A stretch of 58,353 bases of DNA from Bacteriovoracaceae bacterium (GCA_018649885.1 JABIHA010000084.1:124001-182353); one strand, 5' to 3'; positions 1 to 9,587 are shown, counted from the stretch's first letter. Numbers and translations: made by a program. The notes: a model not told the origin generated them from the letters alone.

Positions 1-231
1 TTTCGCTCTCTTGCCATGTGGCAGCCCAAACACGACCTAAAGACAAAAGATTTTGACGCAGAAGACTCTGATTCCAAAGTCACTGCTGATTTTGTGATAA
101 AGGTTATTAAAAACCTATCCTTTGCCTACACCACTGAATTTCTCTACAACGTGGCCAGGGAAAAACTTCATCAGCGCTCTAGCACTGATCTACACCAGGC
201 TTTTTCGCTCGGTTATACTATTGATCTTTAA
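1..231 (+). CDS. C-terminal part of a probable outer-membrane beta-barrel protein (5' end outside the window)
   Basis: Frame is open from base 1 (FRSLAMWQPK...). Alternating beta-strand pattern ends in ...FSLGYTIDL. Confidence 0.45.
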   Translation, partial: FRSLAMWQPKHDLKTKDFDAEDSDSKVTADFVIKVIKNLSFAYTTEFLYNVAREKLHQRSSTDLHQAFSLGYTIDL

Positions 232-282
232 CAAATTTCCATTATTATTTTCTTATAAGGTTATACCAAAGGAATTTGAAAG

Positions 283-843
283 ATGAAAAATCTCATCGCA
301 GTCTTTTTGACACTCTTTTTCATTAGCACGGCTTCAGCATGTCTTAAAAATTCCAATGGATCTGATATTTGTAGAGATGACTTCGTTTGGGATTTAAGCA
401 AAAAAGGCTACGGTGTTGGTGAAGTGCTTAACGTGTTTGAAGATGTGGTCCTTGTTGACTTTGAAATAGCAAAGCAAGCTGTGGATCCAAAGCTACTCGC
501 TGCAGAAGTTAGCTGCTTTAAAAAGATATGCCGAGGAGATTTGGTACTAGATGATTCAAAACTCAAAATGGGTATGGGCGAAGTAGGCTTTGTTTTTGAG
601 CAAGGCTCTATGAAAGTCCAATTTGGGAAGAGTTATCTCACCAGAAATTATAAAAATCTAATCCCGCCACTGAGAATTTCATGCATGGGAGAAGTTTGTT
701 TAGGAGACAGAGTTCTCGATAAATCAAAAATAAGAAGAGGCGTAGGTAAGGTATTTGCAATTTTTGAGGGAAATCTCTTTGCTGTGAAATATGGTAAAAG
801 AGTCAGTATTCAAAAAAGGGTACAGTTTTCTAGAGAAAAATAA
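283..843 (+). CDS. Secreted hypothetical protein with three internal Cys-containing repeats
   Basis: Signal peptide MKNLIAVFLTLFFISTASA; three repeats of the form C.(G)D.V.D.SK...G.G.V..VFE. Confidence 0.75.
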   Translation: MKNLIAVFLTLFFISTASACLKNSNGSDICRDDFVWDLSKKGYGVGEVLNVFEDVVLVDFEIAKQAVDPKLLAAEVSCFKKICRGDLVLDDSKLKMGMGEVGFVFEQGSMKVQFGKSYLTRNYKNLIPPLRISCMGEVCLGDRVLDKSKIRRGVGKVFAIFEGNLFAVKYGKRVSIQKRVQFSREK

Positions 844-1749
844 TCACGACTTCTTAATTACGGTTCTAATCTTAGCGGCAATTCTCTCAATCTCCCTATG
901 GTAATCATTTTCCCTGAGGCGAAATTTTCTATTTTGGCCCTCTTTCAGATCATCAATATATTTTTCAAGAGCGTAAATAGGCCCGCTAATTCGATGGGCC
1001 AAAAATAACCCAAAGATAAAACAAAGAGAGCCAAGGGTCAGGACAATGGGAACCATTCCATATGCCAAAATACTGAGAACTTTTGTCTTAAAGACAGATC
1101 GTGGAATAACATCTGACATTAAACTATAAAAGAATAAGGTATTAAAAATAGTGGCAAGACTTACTACCATGACAAAAATAAAACCCAGACCATACTGAAA
1201 TCTGGGGTTGATAATTCTTAGAACTTTTCTTTGATTATTATAGAGCCACAAAACTTTTCTGTTACCGATAAAATAGCGAAGGGCCAAAAAGAGACCCACA
1301 AATATATAGACTCCACTAAAGTTAAAAGCGATTGTTTTCGAAGGTATGATCATTAGTTGAAAGTATTTAATAAAAAATCCATAAGAGAAGTAATCCCAAG
1401 TATTACTAGTGACACCCACAGCTGCTAAAGTGAGAAAGAATCGAAGCCAAAAATTTCCAGATCGCCTTAGGAAGAAAAAGCAAAATGAAGTATAGAGAAT
1501 AGAAAATATTCCAAATGAAAAACTGTGAAGAAATACTCTGGTAATTTGGTAATCTACTGAGACTAAATTGACGCCATAATCAGGTATCAGTTGCATTGCT
1601 AACACTCTATGGCCAAATATGGACAGAGGATATCCTGGGCGAACTTGGTAAATCCACATTTTAAATGAATGATCGAGAAACAAGAGCACTATAAAGAATA
1701 AAATAAGAATGAGATCTTCTCTTTGAATGGAAAATTTGAATTTTTCCAT
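844..1749 (-). CDS. Signal peptidase II (LspA)-like membrane domain fused to a 2-TM/HAMP-like C-terminal domain; probably catalytically inactive
   Basis: LDHSFK, SNTWD and AFNFSG align with LspA motifs but the catalytic Asp positions are missing. C-terminal HRISGPIYALEKYIDDL is HAMP-like. Confidence 0.6.
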   Translation of the reverse strand: MEKFKFSIQREDLILILFFIVLLFLDHSFKMWIYQVRPGYPLSIFGHRVLAMQLIPDYGVNLVSVDYQITRVFLHSFSFGIFSILYTSFCFFFLRRSGNFWLRFFLTLAAVGVTSNTWDYFSYGFFIKYFQLMIIPSKTIAFNFSGVYIFVGLFLALRYFIGNRKVLWLYNNQRKVLRIINPRFQYGLGFIFVMVVSLATIFNTLFFYSLMSDVIPRSVFKTKVLSILAYGMVPIVLTLGSLCFIFGLFLAHRISGPIYALEKYIDDLKEGQNRKFRLRENDYHREIERIAAKIRTVIKKS

Positions 1750-1770
1750 AAATTAATTGTAGCACAAAAC

Positions 1771-2880
1771 TTAGGACTTTTTGATAGGACGGCCTTGCAT
1801 TAAAATATCGTCTCTAAAGGTCATCAGTTTTACCTTGTCGAGAAAGTAATATTCTTTAAGGGAAGAGAATGCCAAGCCGTGAATGGCCTCGATCCCTTCA
1901 CCGAAAAACTTGGGGGCTATAAAGGTACTGACTTTATCAGCTAGGCCTTCTCGAAAAAAAGAGCTAAGCACTTTTGCTCCTCCTTCAACAAAGATAGACG
2001 AAATTTTTCTTTCACCAAGAAAATCTAGGAGTTCTTCAAGATCAAGGTAGCCGTTAGAGTTATCAGAAATTTTAATGACCTCAATTCCTAGATTCGTTAA
2101 AAGTCCTTCAATTTCAGCATTTGTCTCAGAGGTAACCACAATTGTTTTTTGCAGGTCCTGATTTTTAAAAATATTTAACTCAGTCGTTAATTTAGAAAGT
2201 CCACCGATCACAATCCTCAGAGGCTGAGGGAATTTTTTATCTAGACCGTATCTAATATTCAAGCTGGGATTATCTATAACTGCAGTAGTTGAGCCCACTA
2301 AAATTGATTGATTCATTCCCCTTAGGTAGTGAACATATTCTCTAGATTTATCACAAGTGATCCACTTGGAATCTCCTGTCACCCTTGCAATCTTTCCGTC
2401 AATTGTTTGGGCCCATTTCAAATGAACAAAGGGTCTTTTTGTAGAAATATACTTGTAGTAAATTTCATTCATTTCTCTTTCTAGCTCAGCTAGAGATGAA
2501 TCAACGGATACTTTAATCCCCGCAGCTTCTAGCATTTTTAGCCCACCACCGGCCACTTCCTTATTGGGATCGAGGCTTATCACCACAACGTGAGCTATTT
2601 TTTCACTAATTATTCTATCTACACATGGAGGAGTTTGTTTATTGCTGTGGCAGCAGGGCTCAAGCGTGCAATAAAGTGTTGCTCCCTCAACCGACTCAGT
2701 TGCTGAATCGATGGCATTAATCTCTGCGTGGGCCTGACCATATTTTTTGTGAAAGCCGGTGCCTATAACTCTTTCATTTTTTACTAAGACAGCTCCCACC
2801 ATTGGATTGGGAGAAACGTGTCCCATACCAATTTGTGCTAGCTCTAGTGCTTGTTTAAGATATTCCACATTACTTACCAA
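1771..2880 (-). CDS. ribD: Bifunctional riboflavin deaminase/reductase
   Basis: PNPMVGAV, HAEINA, TLEPCCH...PPC, WIT and VEGG motifs. Confidence 0.97.
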   Translation of the reverse strand: MVSNVEYLKQALELAQIGMGHVSPNPMVGAVLVKNERVIGTGFHKKYGQAHAEINAIDSATESVEGATLYCTLEPCCHSNKQTPPCVDRIISEKIAHVVVISLDPNKEVAGGGLKMLEAAGIKVSVDSSLAELEREMNEIYYKYISTKRPFVHLKWAQTIDGKIARVTGDSKWITCDKSREYVHYLRGMNQSILVGSTTAVIDNPSLNIRYGLDKKFPQPLRIVIGGLSKLTTELNIFKNQDLQKTIVVTSETNAEIEGLLTNLGIEVIKISDNSNGYLDLEELLDFLGERKISSIFVEGGAKVLSSFFREGLADKVSTFIAPKFFGEGIEAIHGLAFSSLKEYYFLDKVKLMTFRDDILMQGRPIKKS

Positions 2881-2889
2881 TAAGATATT

Positions 2890-4077
2890 TTAAGAGTTAA
2901 TGCTCTTTTTACTCTCGAGTAGTCTTGTATAGGCTTTGGAGAGAGCTTCATAGGCCCTAGAGTAACACTCTCTTGCACCCTCTGAACAAAAACTAATTCT
3001 TACAACTGCGCCGCCAATTTCATCAGGGATACCCATAGCTGATAAAACCCTCGAACTATTGGGGTTTTTATCTGAGCAAGCTGAAGAAGTTGTGACAAAG
3101 ACGCCTTGTGCTTCAAGTTCTGCTTGGACTTCAAGCCCCACTAGACCTGGAAAGGAAATAAGAGATGTGGTGGATAATCTTGGAGAGTTATCTCCAATGA
3201 TAATTACCTGTGGAAAATTTTCTTTGATTTTTTTCTCAAACTCATCACGGCACTGTTTAACCTTTGGAAGGCTTGATACCCTCCCCGAGAAAGATTCCAA
3301 GGCCACGGCCAAGGTTTCATTTCCAATATAGTTTTGGGTTCCCCCGCGAAGATCATTTTCTTGCCCGCCTCCGCAAATCATTGCTTGAAGAGTATTTGGC
3401 CGTTTTGCTAGTAATATTCCACAACCAGTGAGGGCCCCAATTTTATGGCCTGAAAGTACGCAGTAATCAATTCCGCTTTCTTTAAAATTAAATTCAGATT
3501 TCCCAATAAACTGTGTGGTATCACACAAGTAGGGGATCTTGTGCTCACCACATATGGCGCTTATCTCGGCGTAAGGCTGAACAATGCCAGTCTCATTATT
3601 GGCGGCCATAACTGCTACTAGGGCAATTGTGTCACTATTTTGTTCAACAATTTGCTTGAGTGAGTCCATATTGATGACGCCTGATTCATCAACACTGACT
3701 TCAATGACTCGAAATCCTTTCTTCTGATAGTAAAGCGCGCTTTGGTAGACGGCTGAATGTTCAATGGTGGAGATAACAATGGTATCTCTGCGGTTTGCTT
3801 CTCTAACACCACCTAGAGACAACTTCGATCCTAGGATTGAGTAGAAAATATGAGAGATTCCCTCAGTTGAGCCGGAGTTAAATATCACTTGTCCGGGATC
3901 GGCACCAAGTACGTCAGCGCAGATTTTCCGGCAATTCTCCATTCCACCTCTGACTTTTACACCCAAGCGGTGACCTGCATTGGGATTGGCGAAAGGGCCT
4001 CCTTCGAGTCTTTCCCCTAGGTACTTTCTTACGTCTAAATGAACGGGCGCAGACCCATTGAAATCAGCGTATAGCAT
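2890..4077 (-). CDS. Cysteine desulfurase (IscS/NifS family, PLP-dependent)
   Basis: FNSGSTE, IEHSAV, ANNETG, SGHKIG (PLP lysine), RGGTQN and SACS (catalytic Cys). Confidence 0.93.
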   Translation of the reverse strand: MLYADFNGSAPVHLDVRKYLGERLEGGPFANPNAGHRLGVKVRGGMENCRKICADVLGADPGQVIFNSGSTEGISHIFYSILGSKLSLGGVREANRRDTIVISTIEHSAVYQSALYYQKKGFRVIEVSVDESGVINMDSLKQIVEQNSDTIALVAVMAANNETGIVQPYAEISAICGEHKIPYLCDTTQFIGKSEFNFKESGIDYCVLSGHKIGALTGCGILLAKRPNTLQAMICGGGQENDLRGGTQNYIGNETLAVALESFSGRVSSLPKVKQCRDEFEKKIKENFPQVIIIGDNSPRLSTTSLISFPGLVGLEVQAELEAQGVFVTTSSACSDKNPNSSRVLSAMGIPDEIGGAVVRISFCSEGARECYSRAYEALSKAYTRLLESKKSINS

Positions 4078-4229
4078 CGGCTCTCTCTTTATATTAAATT
4101 TATCTTAAAACACCGCCAGATTCTCTTCGACCTGAGCAGTTGTGGCAAGGATATTGGTCATGCATTCGCCCATATAGGAGTGGCAGGAGCGAATTTTTGC
4201 TCCTGGGTCATTGGTGATTTGAGTGGGGA

Positions 4230-4547
4230 TTATTTAGTAGGAAGCCCTTGTTCAATCCACCCCAGAATTCCACCTTCTAGGTTTGTGAGATTGGAGAAGC
4301 CTTGCTCTTCAAGGTAAGTGGCAGCCTGTAAACTTCTTTTCCCGCTGCGGCATTGAAGAATGATTTCTGCATTTTTGTCGGTTAGTTTTTCAGCTTCTGA
4401 TTCGAAGTTACTGAGCGGCATAAGTGAGGCTTGTTCAATGTGCCCATCATCCCATTCGTCTTGCTCTCGGCAGTCTACAAGAATTATATTTTCACCTTTA
4501 TCTAGCTTTTCTTTTAGTCCTTTGGAGTCCAAAGTCTTGATGCTCAT
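4230..4547 (-). CDS. Single-domain rhodanese / sulfurtransferase
   Basis: DCRE..EW..GHI, CRSGKRS and LEGGILGW motifs; start moved to MSIKTL, which follows a GAGGA RBS. Confidence 0.92.
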   Translation of the reverse strand: MSIKTLDSKGLKEKLDKGENIILVDCREQDEWDDGHIEQASLMPLSNFESEAEKLTDKNAEIILQCRSGKRSLQAATYLEEQGFSNLTNLEGGILGWIEQGLPTK

Positions 4548-4654
4548 GCTGTGTTCCTCTCCCATGATTTGCAAAATGGTACATTTCTAATACAAACATT
4601 TTTTGAATATCCAGTCAATTTCTAGCCTCCCGCGTAGTAGGGCAATTGAATTCT

Positions 4655-4683
4655 TTGACACTGTGTGAAGGGATGCCTACAAT
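4655..4683 (+). promoter_or_regulatory. Sigma70-type promoter for parA
   Basis: TTGACA-N17-TACAAT. Confidence 0.7.
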
Positions 4684-4752
4684 TTTAGATGTATGGGTGC
4701 CCCTATGGGGACCAATGAAATTTGTATCTACCCATTTATTCGGAGGATGAAC

Positions 4753-5529
4753 ATGGAAGTCATCACAATAGCTAATAATAAGGGCGGTGTTGGAAAGACT
4801 ATGCAGTGTTTTCAATTGGCGTCTCACTTGGCCAATCTAGGACATAAGGTCCTGGCCATTGATCTGGATTCTCAAGCAAATTTAACCTCAACTTTTAATG
4901 CCACCTGCCAAAGGACATTGATTCCTGAATGGTTGATTGGAGAAGTTGAACTTGAAGAAGTCGTAATTCAAGCGCAGGGCAAGTATGAGCATTTGGAAAA
5001 CCTCTTTGTCATTCCCTCTTCAAGACATTTGGCCAATTTAGCAAAGCTATTAATTCTCTCTGAAAATGAAGTAAGAAAAGATGCAGGTAGAAAAGAGCGG
5101 CTTTTAAAACTTAGACTAAAAGAAGCTGAAGGTATGTTTGATTACGTTGTGATCGATACTCCTCCTGTTCTAGGTGATGAGCTGATCATGGCCTTAGTGG
5201 CTTCAAATAGAATTTTGATTCCAACCCAAGCTCAGGATTATTCAATTGATGGTCTTGAAGAGCTAATGGATACATTTGAGATTATAAAAGAAACTGAAAA
5301 TCCAAACCTTGAGTTTGCAATCATTCCTTCAATGGTAGATACCAGAAGAAAAATTGAGATGCAAAGACTTGAAGAGCTTGGAGATTCTTTTAATGTAACT
5401 CCTAAAATAAGAAATTTGGTTGAGATGCAAGAGTCTATTGCATTAAGAAAACCAGTTTTTATGATGGGAAAAAGATCTAAGGGTGCTCAAGATTATCGAG
5501 ACCTTTGGGAATCTCTAGATATTGTATAA
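4753..5529 (+). CDS. parA: ParA/Soj family ATPase (orphan paralogue)
   Basis: Deviant Walker A NKGGVGKT, DLDSQANLT, IDTPP; GGAGG RBS at 4742. Confidence 0.9.
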   Translation: MEVITIANNKGGVGKTMQCFQLASHLANLGHKVLAIDLDSQANLTSTFNATCQRTLIPEWLIGEVELEEVVIQAQGKYEHLENLFVIPSSRHLANLAKLLILSENEVRKDAGRKERLLKLRLKEAEGMFDYVVIDTPPVLGDELIMALVASNRILIPTQAQDYSIDGLEELMDTFEIIKETENPNLEFAIIPSMVDTRRKIEMQRLEELGDSFNVTPKIRNLVEMQESIALRKPVFMMGKRSKGAQDYRDLWESLDIV

Positions 5530-5586
5530 AGCTAGCATTATTTTATAAATGGATTTTAAAAATAACTCACGGATGGAGTAATCACT

Positions 5587-6489
5587 ATGGCAAAGTCATT
5601 TGCTCGAAGAACAAAGAAAAAAGAAAGAGATGTAATTGAACTACCCCTTTCTACCAAGAGAGATCTGCAAGATATATTTAAGCTTAGCGATGACAGACTT
5701 ATTAGGGGAGCTAAACTTCAAGACATTAAGCTTTCACAAATAACTGTTAGAGACCAAGTTAGAACAAAATTCTATGATGCTTCATTAAATGAACTCTCAG
5801 AAAATATTAAGGCCAATGGTCTTATTCAACCGCTAGTTCTACACAGAGAGGGCAGTAAGTATGTCCTTATTTGTGGGGAGAGACGTTTTAGGGCGATGTC
5901 TTTAATCAAGATGAAAGAAGCGCCGTGTTTTATCTTGGAAGATAAAACTATAGAAGAGCTGATGGCGATTCAATTCTCAGAAAACTCATCGAGAGAAAAT
6001 CTTCACTATATAGATAAAGCTGATGGGATTTATAACTACCGTAAGGCTACAGGTGCTAGCGAGAGAAAAATAACCTCTGATCTTGGAATCTCAAAATCTG
6101 AGGTTCACAGAAGTCTGATACTTGCCAAGCTTCCCGCCAAAATGAAAGAAGCCGCCAAATTACACAATATTGAAAAGTACGTGCTTCTTGAGTGGAACGA
6201 AATGAAAACTAGCCGGAAGAAAACTGCTCTAAAAAGAGAGATTCTGGCCGGCACATTACAAAAAAGGTCGGAATTCAAAAAACATACTGCTGAAACGAAG
6301 ATAATTTCAACTCACACACCTACACGCAAAACTACCAAAGTAACAAAGGCGAGGGGGAAAAAACTGGCGGCCAAGTCCAAGCTTTCTCAAACTGAGCTTT
6401 TGAAGGCCCTTTCAAAGGCCAGTACTGGCGGTAAGTTGGACCGTAAAACTCAAAACATATTGAAATCATTGATGGAAGCTGTCGAATAG
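5587..6489 (+). CDS. parB: ParB/Spo0J-like protein with HTH and Lys-rich C-terminus
   Basis: GLIQPL, GERRFRA and EN..RENL motifs; directly follows parA. Confidence 0.85.
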   Translation: MAKSFARRTKKKERDVIELPLSTKRDLQDIFKLSDDRLIRGAKLQDIKLSQITVRDQVRTKFYDASLNELSENIKANGLIQPLVLHREGSKYVLICGERRFRAMSLIKMKEAPCFILEDKTIEELMAIQFSENSSRENLHYIDKADGIYNYRKATGASERKITSDLGISKSEVHRSLILAKLPAKMKEAAKLHNIEKYVLLEWNEMKTSRKKTALKREILAGTLQKRSEFKKHTAETKIISTHTPTRKTTKVTKARGKKLAAKSKLSQTELLKALSKASTGGKLDRKTQNILKSLMEAVE

Positions 6490-6521
6490 AGCTACCGCTT
6501 CCAAATGGAATGAGTTGCCTA

Positions 6522-6537
6522 TGGCACATGCCTTGCA
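6522..6537 (+). promoter_or_regulatory. Sigma54 -24/-12 promoter
   Basis: TGGCAC-ATGCC-TTGCA, an exact consensus, about 40 bp before the 6575 ORF. Confidence 0.7.
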
Positions 6538-6574
6538 GCTTAAACTGGTAGAATGGAAGCCGAGGTAATAGCTA

Positions 6575-7600
6575 TTGCGGGTTGCTGTCCATCGATATTT
6601 CGAGGTGTTGGCTGTGGTTAGAAAACCAAAGAAGAGACATTATAAGGGCTTACTGTGGAGACAAAATCCACTGCTTGGCCTGTTTTTGTTGTCGAATCTT
6701 TTGACGGGTCTGACTATTTTAGGCACGGCAGGTTCAACTTCCCCAAATTATAGAATCCCATCGGGATTTCAAGATGTTGGACCTGATATTGAGGTCTTGA
6801 ATACAGAAACTGGTGAAGGGTTCGAGTCTATATCTATACCCATTTCTCAATTTAGCTTTAAAATGCTCAATGCTTTTAAGAATCAAAGACTCCCATCAAG
6901 TTATATTCCAAGCGATGAAGTGATCACTGCCCCTGTAGGTAAGGAAATCTGGATTAAAAGATTCCTAGTTGAAGATGACTCAGGTGTCCTTAAATCTATG
7001 AGATACCAATTTGATGATTGGGAGAGACGTGAAACTTACGCACAAGCATGGCATATGGAAGAGACTGGGCTGTACGAGCCAACTTCAGTAGGCGCCAAAA
7101 GAGATTACCTATTTAGATCAAGTCTTAAATATTTTGATAAAAGATTATCGGGTGAAATAAGAAGGGCTGAACCAGGCTCTGCCATGGAGTCTGTTGGCAA
7201 AGTAAGAAGTGCTCTTAGACCCAGCTCTACTGTTAATATTGCCGAAAAAGTTAAGGTCAAATTTAAGGCCAAGGTTTTAGAGGGAAATGCCTTTATTGAA
7301 GTACAAAATCCTTACATTGAGGCCCGTTCCACATTTTCACTTGAGCAGAACCTTTTTCTAGCGAAATTACCTAGACGTGTAACAGCAGCTGACGTCAATC
7401 TTGGGAAACAATTTAAAAAAATATCTCTAAGAACTGACGTAGATTATAAATTAATGGACGGTATTTGGGTTGCTTCTGTAACCAAAGGCCTCGATCACGG
7501 CTTCAGCACACGCTTTTCGTCAACTCAGCCAGAGCTTGCAGGTGTTACAGTTGATGGGGCAGATAATAAAGTAGAGCTACTTTATAGCTCAGGTTTCTAG
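6575..7600 (+). CDS. Hypothetical envelope protein (N-terminal TM; beta-rich C-terminus ending in Phe)
   Basis: 341-aa ORF with a hydrophobic segment and C-terminal ...LYSSGF; start uncertain. Confidence 0.7.
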   Translation: MRVAVHRYFEVLAVVRKPKKRHYKGLLWRQNPLLGLFLLSNLLTGLTILGTAGSTSPNYRIPSGFQDVGPDIEVLNTETGEGFESISIPISQFSFKMLNAFKNQRLPSSYIPSDEVITAPVGKEIWIKRFLVEDDSGVLKSMRYQFDDWERRETYAQAWHMEETGLYEPTSVGAKRDYLFRSSLKYFDKRLSGEIRRAEPGSAMESVGKVRSALRPSSTVNIAEKVKVKFKAKVLEGNAFIEVQNPYIEARSTFSLEQNLFLAKLPRRVTAADVNLGKQFKKISLRTDVDYKLMDGIWVASVTKGLDHGFSTRFSSTQPELAGVTVDGADNKVELLYSSGF

Positions 7601-7709
7601 AATCCTTCCGCAATGACCCAATAATAAAACCAGACACTCCAATCTTTTTAATTTATCTTCACCATCAAATTTGGCAGAATGGATAGTGATACGTTTTTGA
7701 TCCAGGAGA

Positions 7710-8975
7710 ATGCAAGTGAGCTTGTACGACAGTGCTCTATACAAAGATTCCATTTCACAATTAAATTTTGCTGGCGAGGCCTGCAGATGTGATCCCAATA
7801 TCCTTGAAAGATTGAGACACCCCAAAAGGGCATTAGAAGTTTCTGTTCCGGTAAGGCTTGATGATGGTTCAGTAAAAACCTTCAAAGGTTTTAGAGTTCA
7901 GCACAATATGACTTTAGGACCAGGTAAGGGCGGAGTTCGTTATCACCCGCACGTGGATCTTTCTGAAACAGCAGCGCTTGCAATGCTCATGACATTTAAA
8001 TGTGCTCTAGTTGGTCTACCTCTTGGAGGGGCCAAGGGTGGAGTTTGTGTCGATCCTAATGATCTTTCAAGAGAAGAGCTTCAGGGCCTAACAAGAAGAT
8101 ATGCAATTGAGATTGGGCCTTTTATTGGACCTGACTCTGACATCCCAGCTCCTGATATTGGAACCGACGCTCAGACTATGGCCTGGTTTATGGATACATA
8201 CTCACAGATTAAAGGCTTTGCCATTCCGGGTGTGGTAACAGGTAAGCCGATCTCCATTGGTGGGTCTCTTGGAAGAACCGCTTCTACTGGTAAAGGTGTT
8301 GCTTACTGTATTGGATTTGCCGCTGAAGAAATTGGTATGACCATTGATGAAAATACAAAAGTTGCTATTCATGGGTTTGGTAAGGTAGCGCTTCCTGCAG
8401 CCAGAGATATGGCCGCCAAAGGGGCCAAGATCGTAGCGGTTAGTGATGTTACCGGTGGTGTCTATAATGAAAATGGACTTGATATCGAAGAGGCCATTAG
8501 ACACGTACAGAAAACAAGATTTTTAAAAGGCTTAAAAAATGCAGAGGCCATTACTAATGATGAGCTAATTGCTCTCAAGGTTGATGTTCTAATTCCTGCG
8601 GCCATTGATGGTATAATAACAAAAGAGAATGCTCATACTGTTAAGGCAAAAATTATTGCTGAAGGTGCCAACGGCCCACTGACAAGAGAGGCCATTGATA
8701 TTGTCACTGATAAGGGGGTTTTTGTTATCCCTGATATTTTGTGTAATGCCGGTGGTGTGATTGTTTCCTATTTTGAATGGGTGCAAGGACTTGCTCACTT
8801 GTTCTGGGGGATTGAAGAAGTTAATCAAAAACTGCACGGAATACTAAAAGAATCTTTTTCAAGGGTTTCTTCATGCTCAAAAACTTACAAAATCGACATG
8901 AAAAAGGCTGCGCTGATCTCTTCAATACAAAGACTAGAAAAAGCGATGAGACTCAGAGGTTTATTTCCAGGCTAG
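7710..8975 (+). CDS. gdhA: Glutamate dehydrogenase (Glu/Leu/Phe/Val dehydrogenase family)
   Basis: GPGKGGVRYHP, GGAKGG, DIPAPD, VTGKP, EGANGP and NAGGVIVSYFEWVQ. Confidence 0.96.
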   Translation: MQVSLYDSALYKDSISQLNFAGEACRCDPNILERLRHPKRALEVSVPVRLDDGSVKTFKGFRVQHNMTLGPGKGGVRYHPHVDLSETAALAMLMTFKCALVGLPLGGAKGGVCVDPNDLSREELQGLTRRYAIEIGPFIGPDSDIPAPDIGTDAQTMAWFMDTYSQIKGFAIPGVVTGKPISIGGSLGRTASTGKGVAYCIGFAAEEIGMTIDENTKVAIHGFGKVALPAARDMAAKGAKIVAVSDVTGGVYNENGLDIEEAIRHVQKTRFLKGLKNAEAITNDELIALKVDVLIPAAIDGIITKENAHTVKAKIIAEGANGPLTREAIDIVTDKGVFVIPDILCNAGGVIVSYFEWVQGLAHLFWGIEEVNQKLHGILKESFSRVSSCSKTYKIDMKKAALISSIQRLEKAMRLRGLFPG

Positions 8976-9496
8976 TTGCAGTAACTCTTCTGTCTTTTAC
9001 AATTCTCACCAGTGGTTGGGGAAAGTTTGCCCAATTTGAAGTATTGAATCCTAAAAAACATCATTACAGCTATAAAGAGGTCTGCGATTCCATGGGGTTT
9101 CGGGAAAGGCCTCTAACTGAAATGGCCAGTGGTGGAAAACTCGACTGCATGGGGGACTTAGTCAGTATTGATCAATTTTGTTTGAAAAGTTACAAGGCCT
9201 CTCCGTCTTATATGAGAGGTTTCGAAAAAAATGGCAAGGTTATTTGCGAGCTTGGAGATAGGGTTATTGCTAAGTATACCTGTGACGGCTCAATGACTGC
9301 CAAAGACTTTTGTTATGATTCCGCTAGAGGATGCAAAAAAATTGGAAAATCACTAGTTCGAAACTTACAAATTTATCACCAAAGTATGACAAGAGATTTA
9401 GACGGCAAAGCACTGGCGCTAAATTGTATTTTTACCGTCAAAACTCTTTTGAAAAACAATTTCAAAAATGCACTAATTTTTGATGAAAAAAAATAA
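8873..9496 (+). CDS. Cys-rich secreted hypothetical protein (start uncertain)
   Basis: Hydrophobic signal-like segment near 8970, followed by a domain with 8 Cys. Confidence 0.65.
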   Translation: MLKNLQNRHEKGCADLFNTKTRKSDETQRFISRLVAVTLLSFTILTSGWGKFAQFEVLNPKKHHYSYKEVCDSMGFRERPLTEMASGGKLDCMGDLVSIDQFCLKSYKASPSYMRGFEKNGKVICELGDRVIAKYTCDGSMTAKDFCYDSARGCKKIGKSLVRNLQIYHQSMTRDLDGKALALNCIFTVKTLLKNNFKNALIFDEKK

Positions 9497-9587
9497 TTTC
9501 AAATTTTTCTCCCTCAATATTTCCAGTCTCTTAGAAATATAAAAGCTGTACCATCTTTTGCACTATTTCCTCTCGGAGGAAGCATTT

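Noticed and set aside
4184..4205. Hairpin CAGGAGC...GCTCCTG as an intrinsic terminator
   Set aside because: The stem is real but has no U-tract on either strand, so its function cannot be supported.
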